A stretch of DNA of 64,000 nt from a virus. Lineage: Duplodnaviria > Caudoviricetes. The stretch lies in the IMG/VR virus record IMGVR_UViG_3300033122_000343; one strand, 5' to 3'. This document shows positions 40,133 through 50,066 of this stretch, piece after piece. Numbering within the stretch: position 1 is the stretch's first letter; each line of letters begins with the position of its first letter. A program made the position numbers and the translations under genes. The notes beneath the pieces were generated by a model. The model ran no database searches. It was not told the DNA's origin and saw nothing but the letters and a program-made list of their open reading frames with translations.

Positions 40133-42628
40133 TCAAACAAAAAAAGATTCAAGTGTAGGAACTTTTTCTACAGACCAACCAATAGAATCTAATATTGCTT
40201 TTAGTGGATCAAGAAATGATTTATCAAATTGTAAATCATAATCAATATATTGATTCAGTCCAATTTCTACAGGGAAATCATTAATAAATGAAATTACATT
40301 TTCATGTATTGGATTTGGTTTTTTTAAATATACAAATTTAATTTTTTCTCCATTAGCAATCGAATTATATTTTTTAGAAAGTCCTTTATTTTTAATGTAA
40401 TGATTGAATAACAAAGCACCTCTAACATGCATGGGTGTTCCTTTAGAATATATTGAAAGATTACTTTTATATTTCATTACATTTGATGCTGTTCTAGGAA
40501 ATGCAATATCCTCTGGGTTCAAAGTTTTAAATTTTTTACGAGATGTATCAATAAATTTTTGAACATCATCTTCTGTGCCATTCATCATCAACTTCAATGC
40601 TTCTTTAATCATTTGACGACATGGTGCAGGTGTAGAAGATTTAACTGCTTCAATACCCATCATTTTCAACTTAGGTTCTGTAAATCTTACACCTTCAATG
40701 TCCCATGAATTTAAAATATATCTCTTCTTTGCTGTCCATATACCACGTTCTGCTATTGTTTCTCTCTTCATAAACATTTTTTGTTCATATGCGTTGACGT
40801 ATTTTGCCAACGCTTCGTAAGAACTAGCAATATATTTTTCAAGTTCCATCTCACACACCTTATCAAGGAACGAAACAACGACTTCAGTAGTTTTCTCTCT
40901 CCCTTTGTATACACTTTCAACAAAAGAACCCATATTGAGATAGATAGAATCGGTATCAGAAGCAATAACATAATCTTCACCAGTTGTTTTTAGTATTTTA
41001 TTAAAGTATTCATTCATTTTATTTTCAATCCAACGTATGCTGAATTGACCACCAAGAGTAATTGCTTCAGCACATTCTAATTTGTAATAACGGAAGAAAT
41101 TATTGCCGATAGCACCATAAGCACTATTAAGTTGTATTTTTTTTGCCATCTGAATGTTGTTACACCTAGAAATTTCCTTTTCGAGTTCTTCTGATGGATT
41201 TTTTTCATACTTTTTTTTCGCTTTTAACATCTTCTTTTTGAAGATGACTCTTTCGTTATATATTCTCTCCATAATTATGGGTAAAAAACCACGCTTAGTG
41301 GTATCAAACTGTGCTCCATTGGGACATACTGTTTTACCATCTAAGTTATTAAACACAATCTCTTGATTGAGAAGTTTATCTACATTGACACTAGGATATT
41401 TCTCTTCTAACAGGGTTTCTGGAGATATATTGTACTGCATAATAAGATGAGGATAAAGACTATTGAGGTCGAAAGAAACAACCCAGTCATACCTACCAGG
41501 TATAGGTTCCTTAACATACGCTCCAGCATATTTTTCACTTTTTGCCTCCTCTATTTTTGGTGGAATAACAATATTTTTTTTCTTGAGATCGTTGTAGATA
41601 ATCATATCCCACATACGAACTTGATAAAAAACATCATTAAAATTTACTTTGGCATCAAACGCCATAGTGATGGCGAGTTCTACCAGTTTCATTTTTTCTT
41701 CTAAAGCATCAACAATTTTAACGTCTTGAATGTTGTACTCTACAAATTTTTGCCAGTTTCTTGTATAAAATTCTTTAAAAGTGTCAAACTCACTATGATC
41801 TAATTTTTTCTTACCGAGTTCTACTTCGCCAATAAAATCGAGTCGATAAGATTCTTGAGCTTTGTAGGTAAACTTTTTGTACAGATCAAGATAGTCTAAT
41901 ACGGTAACACCGCCAACATCATAAATGAGATGAGATCTACCAGCCATGTAAATCTCTTCATGTGTAACTAACCCCCATGGTGATAAACGTTTTGATGCTT
42001 TTTCTCCAAGCACACGAGTGATTCTTTTTGCTAGATATGGAATATCGTACAATTGACAGTTCCAACCCGTAACAACATCAGGAATATCTTGTTCCCAATA
42101 TCCTAAAAATTGATTAAGTAAATCATATTCATTTTCACATGCAATATATGTGACATTAGGATCATTATTTTTAAAAGAACCTATCCCAAAAGTAGTTATA
42201 AGTTTAGTAGAAAAGTTTTGTAAAGTTATACATAACATTTCTTCGTCACATTTTTCTACTGTTGGAAAACCGTTTTCTGATTGAACCTCTATATCTATAG
42301 TGACAAGATTTATTTTCTTTATATCATATTCAATACGTTCCTCTGGGTATCTAACAGACATATATTGATAGATATATCTTCTGTTCCCATATATTTTAAA
42401 ATTTTCTACACCATCATATTTTTTTATAAACTCTCTTGTATCTCTGACAGTTCCAGGTTTTATTGGTTGAACATACTCTCCCTCTAATGTTTTAAATTTT
42501 GTTCTTTTTTTACAAGGAACAAACAGGGTTGGTTGAAATTGTTCTCTAATTGTGAATCTTTCACCATTTTCATAACCACGGACAAGAAAATCATTACCCA
42601 CCATCTGTACGTTGGTATAAAATTTCAT
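40133..42628 (-). CDS. gp43: DNA polymerase family B (T4 gp43)
   Basis: DIE exonuclease motif, SFDLNSLYP, KIQLNSAYG, SDTDS. Confidence 0.98.
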   Translation of the reverse strand: MKFYTNVQMVGNDFLVRGYENGERFTIREQFQPTLFVPCKKRTKFKTLEGEYVQPIKPGTVRDTREFIKKYDGVENFKIYGNRRYIYQYMSVRYPEERIEYDIKKINLVTIDIEVQSENGFPTVEKCDEEMLCITLQNFSTKLITTFGIGSFKNNDPNVTYIACENEYDLLNQFLGYWEQDIPDVVTGWNCQLYDIPYLAKRITRVLGEKASKRLSPWGLVTHEEIYMAGRSHLIYDVGGVTVLDYLDLYKKFTYKAQESYRLDFIGEVELGKKKLDHSEFDTFKEFYTRNWQKFVEYNIQDVKIVDALEEKMKLVELAITMAFDAKVNFNDVFYQVRMWDMIIYNDLKKKNIVIPPKIEEAKSEKYAGAYVKEPIPGRYDWVVSFDLNSLYPHLIMQYNISPETLLEEKYPSVNVDKLLNQEIVFNNLDGKTVCPNGAQFDTTKRGFLPIIMERIYNERVIFKKKMLKAKKKYEKNPSEELEKEISRCNNIQMAKKIQLNSAYGAIGNNFFRYYKLECAEAITLGGQFSIRWIENKMNEYFNKILKTTGEDYVIASDTDSIYLNMGSFVESVYKGREKTTEVVVSFLDKVCEMELEKYIASSYEALAKYVNAYEQKMFMKRETIAERGIWTAKKRYILNSWDIEGVRFTEPKLKMMGIEAVKSSTPAPCRQMIKEALKLMMNGTEDDVQKFIDTSRKKFKTLNPEDIAFPRTASNVMKYKSNLSIYSKGTPMHVRGALLFNHYIKNKGLSKKYNSIANGEKIKFVYLKKPNPIHENVISFINDFPVEIGLNQYIDYDLQFDKSFLDPLKAILDSIGWSVEKVPTLESFFV

Positions 42629-44010
42629 TCTAAATCCCTCACCATTGAACAAAAATTATTAAACAAATATTGTATATCGTTTTTACTCATATATGGAGGT
42701 GGCATATTTAAATATGACCCATCATCGTCTGCCCTCATCTCAACGATTAAATCATCACTAATAAAACCTGCATCAACTGCAATTTTCCGTAATTCTGTTC
42801 CGTGATAGGGTGTAAATATGAATCCGTTTAAATCATCAGAGCGAAGTTTTGCTGCTAGTTCAACAGATTTCATAGCATCATCCATGGTTTCATAAGGATA
42901 TCCAAATATAAAGTTACAAGTTGTAGATAGTCCTGCCTCATGTGCAATATCAAATGCCTTTATAGGTAAATCATTTTTGTATACTCTTTTAATATACTTG
43001 GATCTGAACTCTGGGCAACCATGTTCAACACCAATGTTTATTTTTTGACACCCTACTTCCTTTAAACGTTTTGCTTGATGAAGTGTAAACAATTCTGGTC
43101 TTGTTTGAGCAAAGAACGGCATGTTTAATTCACCCCACATATCACAAAATTCATCAAACTCTTTTGGTGGCATGGTCAGTAATGTATCTGTAATAACCCA
43201 TGCAAAAGTAATTTGATGTTTATCAATCAAATCAATCATTTCTTTTTTTATATGATCTATTGATCTTCTTCTAAAAAAAACACCTCCATTTTCTTCCTTG
43301 TATAAAGTATTTTTTCCAGGTGAATTGCAATATGTACATTTAAACGGACAACCTCTTTGTGTTTCTATAGTTGCAACCTTCACTATCTTCCCTTGAAAAG
43401 GTCTATATAGAGATTTTTCTGGAAATATTGTATGATCTGTAATTGGTAAAGTATTTACATCTAATACTGGTCTTAATGGATTAGGATGCACATTAAGAAC
43501 ATCTTTACAAGATAACCCTTTTGATATTAGTTCTATCATCTCAGGTATCGCTTCATCTCCTTCACCTCTACAAATATAATCACATTGATTTTCAAATATA
43601 TGAGGAGCAGCAGTAGGAAAAACACCACCCACAATGCTTATGAAAGACAGATCCTCCACCCTACTCATCATTTTTTTCCAAATGTAATATGTGTCTTCTA
43701 CTAATGATGAGATAATTACGTCAGGTTTATAATCAATAACTTTTTGTCTCCATGCATCATACATGTCAACATTTTCTATTCTAAAACCAGTGCCATCCCA
43801 TGTATATTCTGGGAGCATACCTCTTTTCGACCTTTCTTTATCCCTATCTGTTCTAGAAGATTCTAACGAAGTGTCAATAGGAAACCAAGTAGAATCAAAT
43901 AATTCCACATCATTCCAACCTGCACGTTTAAGACATGCCGTTATTATTGCAATGCCACCTGGTGGAGTAACTCTAAGGTGTTGATTTGGGTAACACCAAA
44001 GTATTTTCAT
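42625..44010 (-). CDS. Cobalamin-binding (class B) radical SAM protein
   Basis: N-terminal B12-domain pattern (PPGGIA, IVGGVFPT, RGEGD), TQRGCPFKCTYC, GVEHG, FTPYHGT. Confidence 0.88.
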   Translation of the reverse strand: MKILWCYPNQHLRVTPPGGIAIITACLKRAGWNDVELFDSTWFPIDTSLESSRTDRDKERSKRGMLPEYTWDGTGFRIENVDMYDAWRQKVIDYKPDVIISSLVEDTYYIWKKMMSRVEDLSFISIVGGVFPTAAPHIFENQCDYICRGEGDEAIPEMIELISKGLSCKDVLNVHPNPLRPVLDVNTLPITDHTIFPEKSLYRPFQGKIVKVATIETQRGCPFKCTYCNSPGKNTLYKEENGGVFFRRRSIDHIKKEMIDLIDKHQITFAWVITDTLLTMPPKEFDEFCDMWGELNMPFFAQTRPELFTLHQAKRLKEVGCQKINIGVEHGCPEFRSKYIKRVYKNDLPIKAFDIAHEAGLSTTCNFIFGYPYETMDDAMKSVELAAKLRSDDLNGFIFTPYHGTELRKIAVDAGFISDDLIVEMRADDDGSYLNMPPPYMSKNDIQYLFNNFCSMVRDLE

Positions 44011-44270
44011 CCGTCATTTAAACTGTTATATTTTGCTAGTTGTTCTTCTGTTGGATCTACAATTGTTAATATAAAATCGGAGTGAATCATCAACTCTTTT
44101 TGATTGGTGAACCAAGGCCATGAAGAGTAAGTAATTGTATTTTTATATGGATCTGCAACCATCTCAAAAGGTCTATGTAATTTACAATCTGGTTCACCTA
44201 AATCCGTACTAACCTCAGTTAAACGGGCAATCAACACTAAGTTATTTTTTAATAATAAAACTTTTATCAT
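44007..44270 (-). CDS. Conserved cyanophage hypothetical protein
   Basis: LGEPDCKL, ILTIVDP. Confidence 0.8.
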   Translation of the reverse strand: MIKVLLLKNNLVLIARLTEVSTDLGEPDCKLHRPFEMVADPYKNTITYSSWPWFTNQKELMIHSDFILTIVDPTEEQLAKYNSLNDG

Positions 44271-45007
44271 AAAGACAGACTCTTTGATTTCAATTCTAGT
44301 CCAACCTTACGTACTTTGTCAATGTAACCTGCGTTTCTTAATTCCTTAAAAACAAGATTTTCCATACCATATTCACCATATTTTTGTATTGAAGCACCTC
44401 TTGCATCTCTCAATTTTTTAACTGCTGCTTTTAAACCCACAGCATTGTTACTTTGCAGTAGTCTATCAAGTATATTTTTAGCATTATTTACTTTTTTTTC
44501 TAATTCTTTTTCGTCAATACCAACATCTGCTTTTTCTGGTTCTTGTAACCATTTATTTTTTAAAATACTGTATACACCCTGTGATTTTTTTCTTACAATA
44601 TTTGGTCTTTCAATGTATGGTTCTGCTTTTACACCAAAAATTTTCACATCATGAGTCAGTTCCCATAATGTTTTTTTATCCTTATAGTAATCATCAATGA
44701 ATTCTGGATCACAATCAGGAACAAAGGATGGATTTATAACTAAATGAACATCCAAATCTGAATATTTTGTGTAATTATAACCTGCATTACCACCTAGTAA
44801 AATTATATCTATGATAGATTCCTCTGGTAGATCAACGTACTCTGCAAAAGATTTACCAAACCTCATCAAAGCATTTCTTACCACTGGTTTTAAAAACTTT
44901 CCTTCCCAAAAAATAGAATTTAATTTATCTCTAAACTTCAAAGTCAGATCCTCGTTCAATCGACGAAGATCTGACGCTGAAATGTGTTTTCTTACTCTAC
45001 TATACAC
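44267..45007 (-). CDS. Pol-beta superfamily nucleotidyltransferase
   Basis: LLGGNAGYNYTKYSDLDVH matches hG(G/S)x9-13DhD; ENLVFKELRN. Confidence 0.75.
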   Translation of the reverse strand: MYSRVRKHISASDLRRLNEDLTLKFRDKLNSIFWEGKFLKPVVRNALMRFGKSFAEYVDLPEESIIDIILLGGNAGYNYTKYSDLDVHLVINPSFVPDCDPEFIDDYYKDKKTLWELTHDVKIFGVKAEPYIERPNIVRKKSQGVYSILKNKWLQEPEKADVGIDEKELEKKVNNAKNILDRLLQSNNAVGLKAAVKKLRDARGASIQKYGEYGMENLVFKELRNAGYIDKVRKVGLELKSKSLSL

Positions 45008-45029
45008 AACCTAATAACTTTTTAGTTAT

Positions 45030-45452
45030 TTAGAGGTAATCCTTGCGTGAATGATGTTCTGGAACTACTTTATTAAGTTGTACAGTTAATAATCCATCTT
45101 CAAATACAACATTTTTGACGATAGAATCTTCAGACAATGCCCAAGATCTTTTAAATGATCTGTTTGACAGTCCTCTGTGTTGATAATCATTATCTTTTTT
45201 ATCTTCTTTATTTCCTTCGACGATTAATTTACCGTATTCTGTGTATACTTTCACCTCTTTTTTCTTAAATCCCGCTAAAGCAATCTCTAATTTAGATTCA
45301 TGATTGTTTAGTTGAATAATATTATAAGGTGGATAATTTGTAGAGTGAGAATTAATTAGTGAGTCGAAATAAGTATCTAAACCAATACTATTTCTGGTGA
45401 TTTGATCTACTAGTGATGATAAATCATTTACACCTAATCTTAAATTGTCCAT
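45030..45452 (-). CDS. hsp20: Small heat shock protein
   Basis: NYPPYNI, LEIALAGF, HRGLS, FEDGLL. Confidence 0.95.
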   Translation of the reverse strand: MDNLRLGVNDLSSLVDQITRNSIGLDTYFDSLINSHSTNYPPYNIIQLNNHESKLEIALAGFKKKEVKVYTEYGKLIVEGNKEDKKDNDYQHRGLSNRSFKRSWALSEDSIVKNVVFEDGLLTVQLNKVVPEHHSRKDYL

Positions 45453-45508
45453 GTGACCTCCTTGAGCGTCTAGTGTGATGTCCCCGTAGGCGACATTACT
45501 AATTATAA
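45453..45508 (-). promoter_or_regulatory. hsp20 leader: promoter-like TATAATTA, hairpin and Shine-Dalgarno
   Basis: ATGTCGCC-TACG-GGGACAT hairpin; AAGGAGG ends 4 nt before the ATG. Confidence 0.55.
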
Positions 45509-45559
45509 GACTTACTTCTATTTCAGGATGAGGAAAACAATACTATTCTTTTAGAGATT

Positions 45560-46600
45560 TCACCCTTTATATTTAAATAATTCTATTTTTTTATCTATTT
45601 CACCTTTTTGTTTATTACCACAGTGTTTATTACATTCTCTAATACATCTATTTTCAAATAAAGTTTTCATTTCATCTCTTTTCAAACAAAATTTTTCTAC
45701 TATATTGTCCCATGAATTTGTTCTGATATTATTATTAAAATTCATCAGTGATGGTACCATCGTTTTTTTCACATCATACTTATATTCCATGTTTGCCGAA
45801 GCCCACCAACAACATGGAAACACATCACCCTCGCACGATATAAAAAGTTCCTTTTCAGTTGACCCTTTACACTTCACAGGAATCTCCTCTTTATAGTGAA
45901 CCCATTTATTAAAATCGTATTCTTTTCCTTTTCTATCAACGACTTTTTTAGTATATTTTAATTCAATATTCTTAGTAAGATGTTTATATTTTTCTTTTTC
46001 ATCACCTGTATATCTACCTCTTTCTGATGGTTTTTTCATTTCAAATCTTTTAAAACCCATTTTTATCGCCATATCTCTTGCTTCTTCAACTTGATGTTCA
46101 TTATGTTTAAAAACCAAATATTGCCACTCAGCATACCCCCCTGCATCTATGAAAGCTTGTGCATTTTCTTTTATTTTCTTGAAGTCTGTACCAACCCTGT
46201 AGATGTGATTAGTATCTTCTAAACCGTCAATATCAAAAGTTATTATATTATAACCTATAGTTCTTTTACTTAAAAGTTTACCGAAGTCATACCAAAATTT
46301 TTTATCGTGCATGCTCCCATTAGTTTTTATGACAATAAAAACATCCTTTTCAATTATATAATCACATATCTCATAAATTTCTGGACACAATAATGGATCA
46401 CCAAAATTACCACAAAAAGATATGACCTCTAAATTTTGAAAATTTATTTTTTTTATATCTTCAAGAGTTAAATTCTTGATCCCAGAATTACCTACTATGG
46501 GTGTTCCTGTCCTCGGACACAATGGACATTTAGAATTACATGCATTAGTTAATTCTATGTGTAATTTATTTACTACACCATCATCGTAAAAAATACTCAT
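45560..46600 (-). CDS. Radical SAM protein with SPASM/twitch-like C-terminus
   Basis: CNSKCPLC, GNFGDP, ISCEGDVFPCC, ECNKHC. Confidence 0.9.
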   Translation of the reverse strand: MSIFYDDGVVNKLHIELTNACNSKCPLCPRTGTPIVGNSGIKNLTLEDIKKINFQNLEVISFCGNFGDPLLCPEIYEICDYIIEKDVFIVIKTNGSMHDKKFWYDFGKLLSKRTIGYNIITFDIDGLEDTNHIYRVGTDFKKIKENAQAFIDAGGYAEWQYLVFKHNEHQVEEARDMAIKMGFKRFEMKKPSERGRYTGDEKEKYKHLTKNIELKYTKKVVDRKGKEYDFNKWVHYKEEIPVKCKGSTEKELFISCEGDVFPCCWWASANMEYKYDVKKTMVPSLMNFNNNIRTNSWDNIVEKFCLKRDEMKTLFENRCIRECNKHCGNKQKGEIDKKIELFKYKG

Positions 46601-47556
46601 AACCAAACAATATTATTATCTCTTTTCGTGGTGCCACAATGTGTTACACATGTAGGCAGATCATTATTACTCCATCCCTCTTTCATAATTTTACTTTTGG
46701 TTTGATAAGCATTTACAATATTTTCCCAAGAGTTTGTATGTAAAGAAATATCTATGTCACTTACAACTTTTGCAAAATCACAATTTTCTATTTCCTTATA
46801 CTTATAAGGAAAGTATGCACCCCCCCAATGACAACAAGGTAATACATCACCATCACAAGAGATGTAAAATTTATAAGTTTTATTATTTTTCGATGCTCTA
46901 CAAATAACTTCTTTCTTTTTTTTATAAACATTTTCAAGTGATGCCCAACCAGAATTTACAAATTTAATCGAGGTATCATTTGTTCTTCGTATTGCTCGTT
47001 TTAATTTAAATGTTTTAAATCCTAAAGATTTTGATAATTCTCTTGCTTCTTCAACTTGATCTTTATTATGATCAAAAATTAAAAATTGCCATCCTGCATT
47101 TCCACCAGCAGAAATATATGATTTAACATTATCTATTATTTTATCCCAATCAGTGCCTATTCTGTATATGCTATTTGTATCTTTTAAACCATCCAAAGCA
47201 AAAGTTACTCTTGAATTAGTATTGGCAAATAATTTACCTAATTTACCCCACCAATCAGAACTTCTTATCGAACCATTAGTATCAATATTTAAATCATAAT
47301 CTTTAAAATAATCACATATATCATATATTTCATCGCACAAAATAGGATCACCATAGTTGCCACACATAAAAACATGCGTCAACCGACTTATGTTTATTTT
47401 TTTTATTAAATCTAATGTTAGTTCTTTTATACCTGAATTTTTAATTGATATAGAATTTGTTCTTGGACAATGTGGACATCTTGAATTACATCTATTTGTC
47501 GGTTCTATATGCAATTTTTTTACTCCAAGTTCATTTACATTATCATAGAAAAACAT
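46597..47556 (-). CDS. Radical SAM protein with SPASM/twitch-like C-terminus, paralog of 45560..46600
   Basis: CNSRCPHC, GNYGDP, ISCDGDVLPCC, TCVTHC. Confidence 0.9.
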   Translation of the reverse strand: MFFYDNVNELGVKKLHIEPTNRCNSRCPHCPRTNSISIKNSGIKELTLDLIKKINISRLTHVFMCGNYGDPILCDEIYDICDYFKDYDLNIDTNGSIRSSDWWGKLGKLFANTNSRVTFALDGLKDTNSIYRIGTDWDKIIDNVKSYISAGGNAGWQFLIFDHNKDQVEEARELSKSLGFKTFKLKRAIRRTNDTSIKFVNSGWASLENVYKKKKEVICRASKNNKTYKFYISCDGDVLPCCHWGGAYFPYKYKEIENCDFAKVVSDIDISLHTNSWENIVNAYQTKSKIMKEGWSNNDLPTCVTHCGTTKRDNNIVWL

Positions 47557-47984
47557 TAATCTTGAGTTTTTTTCTTTCCTATATTATACTTGGTTTCTAA
47601 TATCCAATCACCTTTTTCTTTATATGCAATGACTTTTATTTGATTTAAAGGTGCAATATCTGTAATTGTTTCTGGTTTTAATATAGTAATCAAACCCCAG
47701 TCAGATAATAGTTGTATGATTCTATTTCTACGTTGCACATCGTTTATACTTAGGTTTGCTTTCTTACCATCAAGAGCAAACAATTCCTTGAAATGCACAA
47801 TAAAATATCTACCTTGTTTATGTAAGATATGACATGATTGATATAGTTTTTTTTCTTTACGAGATGCCACCCCTATGCGAGTGAGAGTTTCTCTTACCTT
47901 CAAAAAATCGTCAGGTTCTGCAAGAGTAACCTCAGTCATTAAATCTGGAGTCCAATTATATTCTGGTTCTATTACTACACTCAT
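47556..47984 (-). CDS. regA: Translational repressor RegA
   Basis: FLKVRETLTRIG, QSCHILHKQG, HFKELFALDG. Confidence 0.97.
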   Translation of the reverse strand: MSVVIEPEYNWTPDLMTEVTLAEPDDFLKVRETLTRIGVASRKEKKLYQSCHILHKQGRYFIVHFKELFALDGKKANLSINDVQRRNRIIQLLSDWGLITILKPETITDIAPLNQIKVIAYKEKGDWILETKYNIGKKKTQD

Positions 47985-48364
47985 CTCAATCCTCCAGTAT
48001 CAAGTTTAGATTTAATAGTTTTCAACTGATCATTAGATAAAAGTTTAAGTGCCTGTCTTGCTTTATCGTTACTATATCCATAATAACTTTTTACCAAATC
48101 AAGGTTCTCTACATCTTCTTTGCGAAGCCAAGGAGAGTATCTTTTCTTAGATCTCAAAGTATTTAGATAAAAATCATATTGTAGACGTTTATCAAGATGG
48201 TTATTTATATTCATTTCATTAGCGAACATAATCGCATCAAGATGACCAGACATACACCTGTTGATTATGTAAGGTGGATACTTGGACTCAATATTGTGAT
48301 CTTCATCCATCAAATTTTTTTTTGATACGTTGATAGAATTCAACCAATCTTTTAATTCAATCAT
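47981..48364 (-). CDS. gp62: Clamp loader small subunit (gp62)
   Basis: YPPYIINR, ANEMN, YYGYS. Confidence 0.93.
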   Translation of the reverse strand: MIELKDWLNSINVSKKNLMDEDHNIESKYPPYIINRCMSGHLDAIMFANEMNINNHLDKRLQYDFYLNTLRSKKRYSPWLRKEDVENLDLVKSYYGYSNDKARQALKLLSNDQLKTIKSKLDTGGLR

Positions 48365-48555
48365 GATAAAAGGTCTATCCTTTTTTGAATATATGCTTTT
48401 GCTTTCTTAAGATCTTCTAACTCGTCATCTTTATGTCCAGCACGACAAACATACTTTATTACATTACCACTAAAGTAATCTAAATTTTGATCTGCAATGA
48501 AATCCCATACCTGTATTTTTCCACGTTGATAATGAGAAGGAGATATCTTATTCAC
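48361..48555 (-). CDS. DUF3310-like protein
   Basis: PSHY, GNVIKYVCRAG, EDLKKA. Confidence 0.85.
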   Translation of the reverse strand: MNKISPSHYQRGKIQVWDFIADQNLDYFSGNVIKYVCRAGHKDDELEDLKKAKAYIQKRIDLLS

Positions 48556-49444
48556 TTAACAACCCCTCTCTTTTTAAAGCACCATAGTTGTAGCAAGCAC
48601 CTAATGGACTTATCTTAGGATAATTTACTAAAACTAATTCTTTTCTTTTATCTTGATCATACATATAATCACCAACTGATCTCATGGTGTATGTGTGATT
48701 ATATTCAAACGCTCTCCAGTCTTTAAATCTATCCCTAACTATTTGAGAAGCGTTGTAACTGACCATAATATCGTGGCAAGAATCACTACAAATGTCAGCA
48801 AATTTGTCGTGACTAAATCCTCGATGAAGACTACCTTTTTTTCCGTAAAGATTGTCCTTAATTTCATAAGGAGGATCAAGGTAAATAAACGTTTTCTTTT
48901 TAGTGTTTTCATTTAGAATTTTTTCATAGGATTTTTGTGTGATAACCCACTCCTTTATTATATTGCCATACTCAGATAATTTATCTATTCCTCTGACAGT
49001 AAAATTAGAGTCAGATGCTTGAGGAGAAAAAGATGAAGATTCAGTTAGTCCACTAAAACTACACTTGTTTACAATATAAAAAGATACAGCACGATCCAAA
49101 TCTGAATAAAGAGGATCATTAATGATATCTTTTGCAGATAAGAAAAGAGATTTTGCACTGTCATGATCAGGGTTCTCCTTTTTTAATTTAGACAAGGAAG
49201 AATGTAAATCTTCTGTATTTGTCTGTAATTGTTGCCAAAACAAAACTAATGGTTCATACAAATCATTAACTTTAATTTTTATATGTGGAAATTGTTGTGA
49301 GACATACAATGCAACAGATGCACCACCCAAAAATGGTTCAATATATTGATCGTAAGAACTTAATGAAGGAAGAAAAGATTTTAATTTACTTACAGCACGA
49401 GACTTACCACCAGGATATCTAAGTGGGGTTTTAAAGTTTGTCAT
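48548..49444 (-). CDS. dam: DNA adenine methyltransferase
   Basis: RYPGGKS, EPFLGG, YLDPPY. Confidence 0.92.
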   Translation of the reverse strand: MTNFKTPLRYPGGKSRAVSKLKSFLPSLSSYDQYIEPFLGGASVALYVSQQFPHIKIKVNDLYEPLVLFWQQLQTNTEDLHSSLSKLKKENPDHDSAKSLFLSAKDIINDPLYSDLDRAVSFYIVNKCSFSGLTESSSFSPQASDSNFTVRGIDKLSEYGNIIKEWVITQKSYEKILNENTKKKTFIYLDPPYEIKDNLYGKKGSLHRGFSHDKFADICSDSCHDIMVSYNASQIVRDRFKDWRAFEYNHTYTMRSVGDYMYDQDKRKELVLVNYPKISPLGACYNYGALKREGLLSE

Positions 49445-50066
49445 TTTTCTCCTTAAATTTTAAAAAGAAATTTGTAGATAAACTTATTCTTTCTACATCA
49501 GCGTTGAAAGGATACACATGATGTTGTAACCATGCAGGAAATAAATAAATGTCCTTTTCTTCTGGTTCTAAAGGTCCTAGTTTTATTGAATTATGAGGTG
49601 CCCATTGCCCATAGAAAAATTCCACTTTGCCACCAGAGGGTGCTCTACCACGCTGTGTGGGGTGTTTCCATTCATCTTTTAATTCTCTAGGGACTTGTGC
49701 ATACACAATACATGAAAAGTCTCCTGAGTGTATATGAGGTGGATTCCATTCACCTTTTTTTTGAACATTAATCCATGGTATTTCTAAATCGATATTTGAT
49801 AACTCTGTTCCTACTGGTGGTTGATAAGTTCCTACTTTTATCTGTGCTTTAATATAATCAGTTACAAATTCTTGAAGTTCGTCTACAGTTTCTTCTGATA
49901 TTTTATAAGAAATTTCTTTATCAATATTTCCTGCCAATCTAGAATTTGCTTCTATTGTTGACGTTTTAGATGCCTCTAGAATTTCATCACGAAATCTATC
50001 ACTGATAGTGTTTTTATACATCGTAGGACCAAACGGTCTCATTATAAGACCAGGTTTAATTTTCAT
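49431..50066 (-). CDS. Putative 2OG-Fe(II) oxygenase
   Basis: WINVQ, NPPHIH, FPAWLQHHVYP, RISLS. Confidence 0.85.
   Translation of the reverse strand: MKIKPGLIMRPFGPTMYKNTISDRFRDEILEASKTSTIEANSRLAGNIDKEISYKISEETVDELQEFVTDYIKAQIKVGTYQPPVGTELSNIDLEIPWINVQKKGEWNPPHIHSGDFSCIVYAQVPRELKDEWKHPTQRGRAPSGGKVEFFYGQWAPHNSIKLGPLEPEEKDIYLFPAWLQHHVYPFNADVERISLSTNFFLKFKEKNDKL

Noticed and set aside
25913-42628. Introns or inteins in nrdA, nrdB, gp41, uvsX or gp43
   Set aside because: All are uninterrupted and of ordinary length, with no intein or homing-endonuclease motifs seen
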